Shown: one piece after another, positions 27,295-36,376 of the stretch
Layout: each line of letters opens with the position of its first letter
Position numbering within the stretch: position 1 is the first letter of the stretch
Assembly (NCBI GenBank): GCA_003343705.1
Contig: QAKR01000043.1
Span: 25,237 to 89,236 of the forward strand
From: Clostridiales bacterium
GTDB taxonomy: Bacteria; Bacillota; Clostridia; Oscillospirales; UBA644
DNA: 64,000 bases
Direction of reading: 5' to 3'
The notes under the pieces: generated by a model
Seen by the model: only the letters and a program-made list of their open reading frames with translations
What the model was told of the DNA's origin: nothing
Databases searched by the model: none
Translations under genes and position numbers: made by a program

Positions 27295-28545
27295 ATGTCC
27301 GACAATTATGCAATCGCAAAAGAGCTTTATGCTTCTTACGGAATCGATACAGAAGAAGCTCTTAAAAAACTTGAAAATATTTCTATTTCACTTCATTGCT
27401 GGCAAGGCGATGACGTCGGAGGATTCGAAAAAGTAGGCAGTACTTTATCCGGCGGAATACAAGCAACAGGAAATTATCCGGGAAAAGCCAGAACAATTAC
27501 CGAACTTAAAAACGATATCGAATTTGTTTTGTCTAAGCTTCCCGGTAAACATAAACTCAACCTTCATGCGCTTTATCTTGATAACGGAGGCAAATTCGTA
27601 GATAGAGACGAAATCGAACCGAAACACTTTGAAACATGGGTTGACTTTGCAAAGAAAAATAAAATTGGTCTTGATTTTAACCCATCTTATTTCAGCCATG
27701 AAAAAGCTGAAAGCGGGCTCACTCTTTCCAACCCGGATAAAGCTATTCGTGATTTTTGGATTGAACACGGAAAACGCACACGTAAAATTTCTGAATATTT
27801 TGGTAAAGAGCTTGGCATTCGCTGCAACACAAACTTTTGGATGCCCGACGGCATGAAAGATACACCGGTTGAGCGCTACAGGTTACGTCAAATAATGAAA
27901 GAATCTCTTGATGAAATTTTTGCATTACCGATTGATATAAAATGCGACCGTGATGCGTTGGAAAGCAAACTTTTCGGTATCGGCTGCGAAAGCTACACAG
28001 TTGTTTCAAATGAATTTGCAACATCTTACGCTGCACAAAACCCCAATGTTATGGTAACCATGGATGCTGGGCATTATCATCCTACAGAAGTAATTTCAGA
28101 CAAAATTTCAACAATGGCAACATTCTGCGATGAAATGCTTTTACACGTAAGCCGCCCTGTTCGTTGGGACAGTGACCACGTTGTTATTTTAAATGACGAG
28201 CTTTGCGACATTGCAAATGAAATAATCCGTGCAGACCTTCTTTCAAAAGTAAATATCGCACTTGACTATTTCGACGCTTCTATAAATCGTATTGCAGCTT
28301 GGATCGTTGGTGTCCGTGCAACTCAAAAAGCATTACTTCGTGCTATTCTTACACCTAACGAAGTTCTTAAAAAATGTGAAGCTGAAGGCGATTATACCTC
28401 ACGTCTTGCACTTAACGAAGAATATAAAGCACTTCCATTCGGACTTGTTTGGGATGAGTTCTGCGCACGTCAAAACGTACCCGGTGGAACGAAATGGCTT
28501 GATGACGTTAAAAAATACGAAAAAGACGTATTATCCAACAGATAA
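27295..28545 (+). CDS. rhaA: L-rhamnose isomerase
   Basis: The N-terminal block GIDTEEALKKLENISISLHCWQGDDVGGFE closely resembles E. coli RhaA. 416 aa. RBS aaggaagga. Confidence 0.9.
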   Translation: MSDNYAIAKELYASYGIDTEEALKKLENISISLHCWQGDDVGGFEKVGSTLSGGIQATGNYPGKARTITELKNDIEFVLSKLPGKHKLNLHALYLDNGGKFVDRDEIEPKHFETWVDFAKKNKIGLDFNPSYFSHEKAESGLTLSNPDKAIRDFWIEHGKRTRKISEYFGKELGIRCNTNFWMPDGMKDTPVERYRLRQIMKESLDEIFALPIDIKCDRDALESKLFGIGCESYTVVSNEFATSYAAQNPNVMVTMDAGHYHPTEVISDKISTMATFCDEMLLHVSRPVRWDSDHVVILNDELCDIANEIIRADLLSKVNIALDYFDASINRIAAWIVGVRATQKALLRAILTPNEVLKKCEAEGDYTSRLALNEEYKALPFGLVWDEFCARQNVPGGTKWLDDVKKYEKDVLSNR

Positions 28546-28560
28546 ATTACATAAAATTTT

Positions 28561-28590
28561 AAAAGGGCTGATTTCAGCCCTTTTATTTTT
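28561..28590. terminator. bidirectional terminator between rhaA and the hydrogenase-like gene
   Basis: aaaagggctg / cagccctttt stem with T-rich flanks. Confidence 0.75.
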
Positions 28591-29819
28591 TAATCAAATT
28601 TTCTTATAAAAATATCACTGTTTTCTAAAAACTCTTCAACTGTTTCGAAACCAAGCTCGTTTAACATTTTTAAAACATAAGGATTATTTAACGGCGTTTT
28701 ATATTCAGCCTCATCACCATATCTTTCGACATTTACACGGCCGGTCTGCCTGTCCAAAACAGCTTTAGGACCACCGACACACCCACCTATACATCCCATT
28801 CCTTCAAAAAAGTTAGCATCGGCACTCCCATTTTTCAAAGACTCTATCATTGCTCGGCAGGACGGAACGCCTTCTGCCATTTTTGTTTTAATTGCAATAT
28901 TACGCTCCGGAGACATAGCTTTGACTGTTTCCCGAACAGCCTCACTAACGCCACCGCTTTTTGCATAAAGCCTACCTGCACGAGAAGAATGATCTCTCTC
29001 TGTTTCTTTCATTTCCGAAGGATTAATTCCTGCCGCATCAAAAATATCCTGCATTTCACGAAAGGTTAAGACGAAATCAACCGCACCACTTATATCGGGC
29101 TCCCTTGCTTCCGCTTTTTTAGCAACGCACGGCCCGATAAAAACAGTTACTGCATCAGGGTGCATCTTTTTTACAGCACGTCCTGCCGCAATCATAGGCG
29201 ACACAGCTCCCGGAACATGAGGGATAAGCTCACTGTACATTTTACGTATCATACCTATCCATATTGGACAGCAACAGCTTGCCAGCTGAAAGTCAGTTAT
29301 AGTTTTTACGTTACGATCAAATTCGAGAGCTTCTTTTAAAGTTAAAACATCAGCAAATAATGCAACTTCTATCATTCCGTCAAATCCGAGATCCCGGAAT
29401 GCCGTACGAAGCTTACCCGGTGTTACGCCATCAGAAAATTGGCCTAAAAAAGCAGGTGCTATAAGCGCATATACAGGCCCTGAAGCCTCCTTTACAGCAT
29501 ACAATGCTGGAAGCACATCACGGCTTTGCACCAAAGTACCGTTATTACAAGCTTCAATACAAGCACTGCACCCGGAACAACGGGCTGCATCGATTGTTAT
29601 TTTACCGCTTTCATCACGACTTATTGCATCAAAAAGGCAGGAAGCCGTACACTTGCCGTTACCTTCACATTCACATTTTTTTATCTGCCACACAGGAGCG
29701 TGCTTTTCAGGATGGAAAAGGCAATCAAGATGCCCTTCATCCGCACCGCTTATGGACGTTTTTTCACTGTTTACTGCATTTTTTAAAAGTCGTTTATATA
29801 AATCTTCAAAAGTTGTCAC
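28590..29819 (-). CDS. [FeFe]-hydrogenase-like protein (N-terminal Cys-cluster/ferredoxin-like region plus H-cluster domain)
   Basis: H-cluster motifs: L1 variant ASCCCPIW (nt 29259-29282), L2 GPCVAKKAE, L3 EGMGCIGGCVGG. Upstream are CxCxxxxxCxxxC and CSGCSACIEAC clusters. GTG start with RBS ggagga. Confidence 0.75.
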   Translation of the reverse strand: MTTFEDLYKRLLKNAVNSEKTSISGADEGHLDCLFHPEKHAPVWQIKKCECEGNGKCTASCLFDAISRDESGKITIDAARCSGCSACIEACNNGTLVQSRDVLPALYAVKEASGPVYALIAPAFLGQFSDGVTPGKLRTAFRDLGFDGMIEVALFADVLTLKEALEFDRNVKTITDFQLASCCCPIWIGMIRKMYSELIPHVPGAVSPMIAAGRAVKKMHPDAVTVFIGPCVAKKAEAREPDISGAVDFVLTFREMQDIFDAAGINPSEMKETERDHSSRAGRLYAKSGGVSEAVRETVKAMSPERNIAIKTKMAEGVPSCRAMIESLKNGSADANFFEGMGCIGGCVGGPKAVLDRQTGRVNVERYGDEAEYKTPLNNPYVLKMLNELGFETVEEFLENSDIFIRKFD

Positions 29820-29904
29820 CTATAGTTCCTCCGCCTATTATATTAAATATTATTAAAAAATTATGTAAAATTATACTGATAAGCTATATACCATTCTTCT
29901 CATT

Positions 29905-30552
29905 TTATGTTTCTGATCCAATTACCATTCCGCAATATTCACATTTACCTCCGCCACCATAAATTGTATTAGGTGCTCCGCAATACGGGCATCTAATTAT
30001 TTTTTTATTTTTTTCTGCGTCTTTGTTAGCTTTTTCAATTGAAGAAATAATTATTCTGTGTTCTTTTTCATCCACATAAGCTTGTCCGAAAAACCCCGCT
30101 TCAATCATATCACGAAGGTCTAGGCTTGCCGTTTCATATGACGAGGACATTTCAGACGAAATTTTATCAATGTTTGTTTCGCCCTTTATATCGATGATAT
30201 TATAATAATGTAAATATTTTTCTCCTCTTTTTTTATAGAGAGATGAAAAATATAACAGTAAAATTCCACCGCCTACAAGTAAAAAGGCGGAGACGACAGA
30301 AGTAATGATATAATTTTGAGTAGTAAGTTGGCTCTCTTGCGTACCGGTTAAAGGAACAATAATATAAAAAGCCCACAGAGCAATAAGCACTATGCCTAAA
30401 ACCCGCATAACTTTAGCATTTTTAACATATCTTTGTTTTTCACTTTTGACTTTTAAAATTAATAAAGGTATCCCGGCCGGAAAAAAAATAAATAAAATAA
30501 TAATAACCAGCGGCCAAGAGACACCCTGTGTTTTTTCGGACATATTTATCAT
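29905..30552 (-). CDS. membrane protein with C-terminal zinc-ribbon
   Basis: Four predicted TM helices, a soluble linker, and a terminal CPYCGAPN...GKCEYCG (CxxC-x14-CxxC). Confidence 0.6.
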   Translation of the reverse strand: MINMSEKTQGVSWPLVIIILFIFFPAGIPLLILKVKSEKQRYVKNAKVMRVLGIVLIALWAFYIIVPLTGTQESQLTTQNYIITSVVSAFLLVGGGILLLYFSSLYKKRGEKYLHYYNIIDIKGETNIDKISSEMSSSYETASLDLRDMIEAGFFGQAYVDEKEHRIIISSIEKANKDAEKNKKIIRCPYCGAPNTIYGGGGKCEYCGMVIGSET

Positions 30553-30622
30553 CTACTTTTTTTTATTATGATATCATACAATAAATAAAAAGTCAAGCTA
30601 AAAACATACGCACTTAAATCAG

Positions 30623-31921
30623 CTATTTTTTAAGATTTCCTGTTGCAGGGTTGTCAATAAGTTTACCATCTTCTGTAAATCGAGAACCATGACAAGGGCA
30701 GTCCCAGGAATGTTCTTGATCATTCCATTTTAAGGCACAACCTAAATGGGGGCAGCGTTTTTTTGATATTGTCAAAAGATTTTTAACAGCCTCAAATGAG
30801 TTTACTGCAAGCTGGGCTCTTAAAATAGTTCTTGTAGGCAGAAAAACTTGTTCGTATTCGCTTTTACGGCCGCATACCATATCTGAAAGAATTGTTGCAG
30901 CCACCATAGAAGAGGTCATTCCCCATTTATTAAAACCTGTAGCAACATAAAAATCAGGTGTGTTTTTTGAATATAAACCTATATAGGGAATACGGTCGAG
31001 AGTCATACAGTCCTGTGTTGCCCAACGGTATTTTTCTACTGCATCAGGATAATAACGATTTGCAAATTCCTCAAGCTCTGACCAGTTTCCCCCTTTTTTT
31101 CCTGTTCTATGATCGCCTCCTCCTATGAGTAACAGGTTTTTATAATTACGAAAAGACATCCCGTTATCAGCTTCATCCACATACATACCATTAACATCTT
31201 CTGCATTTTCTAATGCGATTACATATGAACGATGCTGATACATTTTAATAAAATAATTTCCGTGTTTATTGATAAACGGGAAGTGTGTTGTAGTAATAAT
31301 TTTGTTTGCGGTAATAACTGCATTATCTGTAGTCGCTTTATGCTCACTAAGTTCCCTAACAGCAGAATTTTCAAAAATATTTAGTTTTGCAGAAATAGCA
31401 GAAATGAATTTTAAAGGATTGAACTGTGCTTGGTTTTTAAATTTTATTGCTCCGCAAACAGGAAACGGTAACGAAATATTTTTTAAATACTCTGCATCAA
31501 AACCAAGTTTATCAAGGGCTTTTTTTTCTTTTATGATTTTTTTATGATTATCAAGAGAATATACAAATGCGTCTTTATTTTCAAAATCACAATCAATGTT
31601 TTTACAAATCTCCCTAAATTTTTCAACGGCAGCTTGATTTGCGTTTAAATACATTTTAGCTTTATCAATACCAAAATCCTTTATTAACTGATCGTAGATT
31701 AAACCATGTTGAGAAGTTATTTTTGCAGTTGTGTTTTTGGTAACACCGTTACCTATTCGGGTTGCTTCTAACAGAACATAATCAACACCTGCTTTTTCAA
31801 GCATATAAGCACACAATATTCCAGCCATTCCACCGCCGATTATAAGGACATCTGTTTTTATATTTCTGTTTAATGTTTCAAAAACCGGAAAATCAGTTAA
31901 ATCAGACCAAACCGATTTCAT
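30623..31921 (-). CDS. FAD-dependent oxidoreductase with C-terminal Rieske [2Fe-2S] domain
   Basis: VLIIGGGMAGI dinucleotide fold. Rieske motifs CPHLGC and CPCHGS. Confidence 0.85.
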   Translation of the reverse strand: MKSVWSDLTDFPVFETLNRNIKTDVLIIGGGMAGILCAYMLEKAGVDYVLLEATRIGNGVTKNTTAKITSQHGLIYDQLIKDFGIDKAKMYLNANQAAVEKFREICKNIDCDFENKDAFVYSLDNHKKIIKEKKALDKLGFDAEYLKNISLPFPVCGAIKFKNQAQFNPLKFISAISAKLNIFENSAVRELSEHKATTDNAVITANKIITTTHFPFINKHGNYFIKMYQHRSYVIALENAEDVNGMYVDEADNGMSFRNYKNLLLIGGGDHRTGKKGGNWSELEEFANRYYPDAVEKYRWATQDCMTLDRIPYIGLYSKNTPDFYVATGFNKWGMTSSMVAATILSDMVCGRKSEYEQVFLPTRTILRAQLAVNSFEAVKNLLTISKKRCPHLGCALKWNDQEHSWDCPCHGSRFTEDGKLIDNPATGNLKK

Positions 31922-31945
31922 AATACCACTTCCATACTTAATTTT

Positions 31946-33886
31946 TTAAATATTTTCAATTGTGTTTGAGGGCGGGAGGCAATTGTTATTCTTACAAACA
32001 TAATAAGTTGTTTTATTATTTAACAATCTATACTCCTGTGTTGGTTTTTCTAAAACCGTAACAACTGAATCAATAGGGATTATGCAAGATATTTTTTTTA
32101 ACTCTTTTGGATCTTTAAGCACAGCAGTTATTCTTTGCGGCGGTTTTATATAATCGAAAAGAGCTGTAAGAAAAAAAGAAAAACCCGCGGGATATTGTTC
32201 TGAATTTGCTGACATGAAATCAACTTGTTTGTTTAACAATCTCATATAGTCCTCATTATCCGTAAGATAATAAAGCCTTAAAAGATTATATGTCATAACG
32301 GAATTTCCGCTGGGGATTGACAGATCATACGTTTCTTTAGGACGAATAATCAACTGTTCATTCTCATTACCGTATAAATAAAATCCGCCTTTTTTATGAT
32401 CATAAAAGTTTAAAATTGTTATATCACAAAAACTTATAGCTTTATTAAAATAATATTTATTAAATGTTGTTTCATAAAGGCAAATCAAAGCAAAAGTATA
32501 AAACGCGTAATCATCAAGAAACCCTTTGCTACCGTTTTTTTGTGATCTAAAGCTGACATAAAGTAAACCATTTTTTAATAGATTTTTTTCTATAAATTGT
32601 TGAGCTTTTTCTGCTGCATTTAAATAAACATCTTTATCACTTACACGATATAAATAAGCAAAGGCAGCTATTGCCAATGAATTCCATGCAGTTAATATTT
32701 TATCATCTAAATGAAGCGTATTTCTATTTTTCCGGTAATTATATATTAACGGCAAATATTCATCATATTTTCCACTTAAATCATCATTATTTAAGAGGTT
32801 CGGAATATTCTCACCATTTAAATCTCCATTTTCGGTAATATCATAATATTTATTAAATTCAGCCCCGACTTTTTCACCTAAAAGATTAATTATTTCAAAA
32901 GGCTTAAATAAATAATACTTACCTTCCACACCGTTAATATCTGCATCTTGTGCACTGTAAAATCCACCTTCAGGGCTCGTCATCTCACGCATAATATACA
33001 ATGCAGTTTTTTCTGCAACATTTAAGTAGAAAGCATTTTTGGTAATAGAATACGCTTTGCAATAGCTCATAACTAACAATGAATTGTCATATAGCATTTT
33101 CTCAAAATGGGGTATTAAAAAAGCATTATCGGTAGAGTAGCGAGAAAACCCATAACCTACATGATCAAAGATCCCGCCGCAGTACATTTTTTTAAGTGTA
33201 ATCTCAACCATATTCAAAGCTTCTGAATCTTTGCTTGCCTCATAATATTTCATTAAAAACAATAGATTATGAGGCGTTGGAAATTTGGGCGCAGGCCCAA
33301 ACCCACCAAAATCCTTGTCAAAACGTTGTTTAAAAATATTTACTGCAAGGTCAATCAGATTAACATCTGTTTTTGTTGAATTAGTTGATTCATGATTCAA
33401 ATATAGTACAATTTCATCTGCAGATTGCAATAAAGCTTCACGGTCTGATTTCCACTTTTCATCAATTATCTGAAGAAGCTGAATAAACCCTATTGCACCG
33501 TAATGAGAGTCTTTAGGAAAATACGTTCCCGCAAAAAAGGGCTTTTGATCACAGGTCATGAAAATGCTTGTCGGCCAGCCTGCATTCCCGGTAAAAGCCT
33601 GGCATACCTGCATATAAATACTGTCTATATCCGGGCGTTCTTCTTTATCAACTTTTATAGATATAAAATTTTCATTCAAGAGTGTTGCAACATTTTCATC
33701 CTCAAAGCTTTCATGAGCCATCACATGACACCAATGGCAAGTACTATACCCTATGCTTAAAAAAATCGGCTTGTCCTCTATCTTTGCTTTCTCAAAAGCT
33801 TCATCACACCACGGATACCAATTTACAGGATTTTCCGCATGTTGCAAAAGATATGGGCTTGTTTGGCTTTGTAAACGGTTTTTCAA
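31946..33886 (-). CDS. thioredoxin-domain protein (DUF255/YyaL-like, six-hairpin C-terminal domain)
   Basis: [18 protein letters not shown] and [11 protein letters not shown] blocks. 646 aa. TTG start with RBS aggggtga. Confidence 0.85.
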   Translation of the reverse strand: MKNRLQSQTSPYLLQHAENPVNWYPWCDEAFEKAKIEDKPIFLSIGYSTCHWCHVMAHESFEDENVATLLNENFISIKVDKEERPDIDSIYMQVCQAFTGNAGWPTSIFMTCDQKPFFAGTYFPKDSHYGAIGFIQLLQIIDEKWKSDREALLQSADEIVLYLNHESTNSTKTDVNLIDLAVNIFKQRFDKDFGGFGPAPKFPTPHNLLFLMKYYEASKDSEALNMVEITLKKMYCGGIFDHVGYGFSRYSTDNAFLIPHFEKMLYDNSLLVMSYCKAYSITKNAFYLNVAEKTALYIMREMTSPEGGFYSAQDADINGVEGKYYLFKPFEIINLLGEKVGAEFNKYYDITENGDLNGENIPNLLNNDDLSGKYDEYLPLIYNYRKNRNTLHLDDKILTAWNSLAIAAFAYLYRVSDKDVYLNAAEKAQQFIEKNLLKNGLLYVSFRSQKNGSKGFLDDYAFYTFALICLYETTFNKYYFNKAISFCDITILNFYDHKKGGFYLYGNENEQLIIRPKETYDLSIPSGNSVMTYNLLRLYYLTDNEDYMRLLNKQVDFMSANSEQYPAGFSFFLTALFDYIKPPQRITAVLKDPKELKKISCIIPIDSVVTVLEKPTQEYRLLNNKTTYYVCKNNNCLPPSNTIENI

Positions 33887-33934
33887 AGTATCACCCCTAT
33901 AAGTAGTATTCTTAATGAAATTATATTTTATGTA

Positions 33935-33972
33935 AAAAATAAGATCGCAACTTAAATATTGCGATCTTTTTT
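33935..33972 (-). terminator. intrinsic terminator after the superoxide dismutase gene
   Basis: aagatcgcaa / ttgcgatctt form a 10-bp stem with T-rich sequence on the minus-strand 3' side. Confidence 0.65.
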
Positions 33973-33973
33973 A

Positions 33974-34606
33974 TTATTTTATACAATTTAAATACCTTTG
34001 ATTTACCTCATCCCAATTAATAACATTAAACCAGTCGTCAATATAATCAGCCCTGAGATTATAATGTTTTAAATAATAAGCATGTTCCCAAACATCAAGG
34101 GCAATAAGAGGACATAAGTTTTGTTCAAGCGGAGTATTTTGATTTGGGGTTGTTACAATTTTTAACTTTCCGTTATCGTATACAAGCCATGCATACCCTG
34201 AACCGAAAACAGAAAGTGCAGTTTTTTTTAAAAGGCCTTTAAAATCTTCAAAACTTCCGAAATTTTTATTTATAGATTCTGCCATTGTATCTGAAACAGT
34301 TGTTTTTTGTGGTGACATCTGGTTAAAATATAATAAATGGTTATACACACCACCGGAATTATTTCGTATGGGGGCTTGCAAATCCTTAGGCAAATTAGGC
34401 AAATTTACTATTAATTGTTCAAGAGAACACCGTTGCAACTGCGGATATCCTTTTAAGATTGTATTTAAATTATTTATGTATGTTTGTAAATGTTTATCAT
34501 GATGTAAGTACATTGTTTTTTCATCAATATAAGGTTCTAATGCGTTATATGCATATGGTAATGGCTCGTTAACAAACGGATAGTACTGATTGATCATAAT
34601 TTTCAC
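33974..34606 (-). CDS. sodA: Fe/Mn superoxide dismutase
   Basis: LPYAYNALEPYID, HHDKHLQTY and DVWEHAYYL metal-ligand blocks. Confidence 0.9.
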   Translation of the reverse strand: MKIMINQYYPFVNEPLPYAYNALEPYIDEKTMYLHHDKHLQTYINNLNTILKGYPQLQRCSLEQLIVNLPNLPKDLQAPIRNNSGGVYNHLLYFNQMSPQKTTVSDTMAESINKNFGSFEDFKGLLKKTALSVFGSGYAWLVYDNGKLKIVTTPNQNTPLEQNLCPLIALDVWEHAYYLKHYNLRADYIDDWFNVINWDEVNQRYLNCIK

Positions 34607-34650
34607 CTCTGTATCATTTTATGACAAAAAGACAGAACTGTGCTTAATTG

Positions 34651-35205
34651 TTACAATACAATTCCGTATGCTCCGGTTGTTGTATCACAAAATATGGGAT
34701 AATGAGGTGGTATAAAGGTAAAGACTATAAAAGCTAAAAAAATCACTATAATTGTTATAACAGAAAAAATAATTTTTAGAGCAGTCGGTTTAACATATGT
34801 ATAGACATGTATGGCAAGTTTTAATGCAATAAAATAACAAATATAAACTAAAATTATATCAAAAATTAAAGATTCAATGCCCAACGCACCTGTGTAAGAA
34901 TAAAATATAAATAAAACTGTTAAAGGGGCTGTAACAACAGAAACTGCAGTTGCAATAATCCACTTATGCAGGTCAATTTGACATTTTCTTTTTTTAATAA
35001 AATACATTATAATCCACCATAAAAGGTTCGGAAAAACCATGAATTTTAAATGTTCCCAAACGCTTTCATTTACAGGATTAAACAGTCCAACTATTATTAA
35101 ATTTCCGCTTAATGCATACGCAAAATGAGAAAAACTTGCAATAAGGCCTAAGATAATAGTATTAATTAATACAAACAGTATACCGAATCTGCATTCTTTA
35201 CTCAT
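34651..35205 (-). CDS. polytopic membrane protein of unknown function (DUF6512-like, from memory)
   Basis: Six hydrophobic segments and an ESVWEHLKF block. No enzymatic motif recognised. Confidence 0.55.
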   Translation of the reverse strand: MSKECRFGILFVLINTIILGLIASFSHFAYALSGNLIIVGLFNPVNESVWEHLKFMVFPNLLWWIIMYFIKKRKCQIDLHKWIIATAVSVVTAPLTVLFIFYSYTGALGIESLIFDIILVYICYFIALKLAIHVYTYVKPTALKIIFSVITIIVIFLAFIVFTFIPPHYPIFCDTTTGAYGIVL

Positions 35206-35411
35206 AAAATTACCTTCACTAATTTTTGTTTCATTATATGATAAAAAAGCATATTTGTTTCATTTGATTTAAATATAAACAATTTAACCGTAAATCTTTA
35301 TAACCTTAGTTTCTTTTGCATGGATTTCCAGATGGTATATTATATAAGCTCAGTTTTTCAGATAATATTGTACTCATAAAAACATTATACCTTTACAAAA
35401 TAAATTTATTA

Positions 35412-36263
35412 TTAATTCTTATAAAATATATCTCCGTTACATTCAACCTCTCCATAAATTTTTTCACAAGTTATATTTCCACTACACTCAACAGAACCAT
35501 TTATATTACCACAGTTAATCTGAGTGCATTCAACAGACCCCTCAACATTACCACAATAAACTTGTTGTCCCGCTTCTACAGAACCACCAACATTACCACA
35601 ACTAACGTTTTGTCCTGCATCTATCGAATATCCCACATTACCACAATTAACTCCAGCCCCTGCATCAACATCTCCTGTAACATTACCACAGTTCACGTCA
35701 CAACCTGCACTTACTCCTCCGTTTATTTCACTATTGCAATTAATATTACATCCAGCATTCGCACCGCCGTTAATACCACCGCCAGAATTAATATCACACC
35801 CTGCAGTTGCTCCACCATTTATAATATTACAATTTATGTCACAAGCTGCATTTGCACCGTTTTTAATTTCTCCACATTCAATATTACAATAGCTTACAAC
35901 ATTTAATGCTTCACCATTATATTTAAATATAAATTTCGATATATCATCACATTTTTCTAAAATTTTATGTCCTTTATACACTACACCACGTATAGTTTCA
36001 TCATCACACCATGGCAAATCTTGCGTTAAATCAAAATGTGGCTCTTTTATAATTACCTTGCCAAACAGGTCATCAATGTGCACACCAAATATATCTGCAA
36101 GAACAGGTAATAACGTAATATCCGGGCTTGATTGGCCATTTTCCCATTTTGATATTGCCTGAAAAGACAAATTCACCTTTTCAGCAAGTGATTCTTGCGT
36201 TAAATTATTGGCTTTACGTAAAAATGATATATTATCTGCTAATATTTTTGAGTAATTTTTCAT
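35412..36263 (-). CDS. XRE-family HTH regulator fused to a Cys/Gly/Asn-rich ~15-residue repeat (solenoid-like) domain
   Basis: N-terminal LTQESLAEKVNLSFQAISKWENG is an HTH_3 signature. The C-terminal ~155 aa hold about 10 repeats of the type CGNVGGSVEAGQQVY, with 17 Cys. I prefer the ATG at 36263 (RBS aaagggga). Confidence 0.75.
   Translation of the reverse strand: MKNYSKILADNISFLRKANNLTQESLAEKVNLSFQAISKWENGQSSPDITLLPVLADIFGVHIDDLFGKVIIKEPHFDLTQDLPWCDDETIRGVVYKGHKILEKCDDISKFIFKYNGEALNVVSYCNIECGEIKNGANAACDINCNIINGGATAGCDINSGGGINGGANAGCNINCNSEINGGVSAGCDVNCGNVTGDVDAGAGVNCGNVGYSIDAGQNVSCGNVGGSVEAGQQVYCGNVEGSVECTQINCGNINGSVECSGNITCEKIYGEVECNGDIFYKN
35424..35888 (-). repeat. in-frame 42-48 nt tandem coding repeats
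   Basis: The plus-strand motif acattaccaca recurs at exact 45-nt spacing (accaca at 35550, 35595, 35640, 35685). A 42-nt spaced copy sits at 35508. Confidence 0.85.
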
Positions 36264-36331
36264 GAGAACATCCCCTTTCGTTAATAACATTATAAATCAT
36301 GAAAATAATTTACACCATAACCTATTTGTTG

Positions 36332-36376
36332 AAAAAATTATGGTACAATTCAACTAATAGTTGAATTGTACCATAA
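36332..36376 (-). terminator. 39-nt perfect palindrome plus U6; strong minus-strand intrinsic terminator or attenuator upstream of the XRE gene
   Basis: ttatggtacaattcaacta-a-tagttgaattgtaccataa (36338-36376, 19-bp arms). A6 on the plus strand (36332-36337) gives U6 after the hairpin on the minus strand. Confidence 0.65.

Noticed and set aside
35424-35888. Regularly spaced 45-nt repeats that could look like a CRISPR array
   Set aside because: The repeats are in frame inside a long ORF, the 'spacers' are themselves related to one another, and no cas genes are present.
35316-35906. 196-aa plus-strand ORF opposite the repeat region of the XRE gene
   Set aside because: It is a mirror-frame artefact of the periodic repeats (low-complexity ITT/NIT strings). 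It has no RBS and no recognisable domain, whereas the minus-strand frame has an HTH domain and a good RBS.
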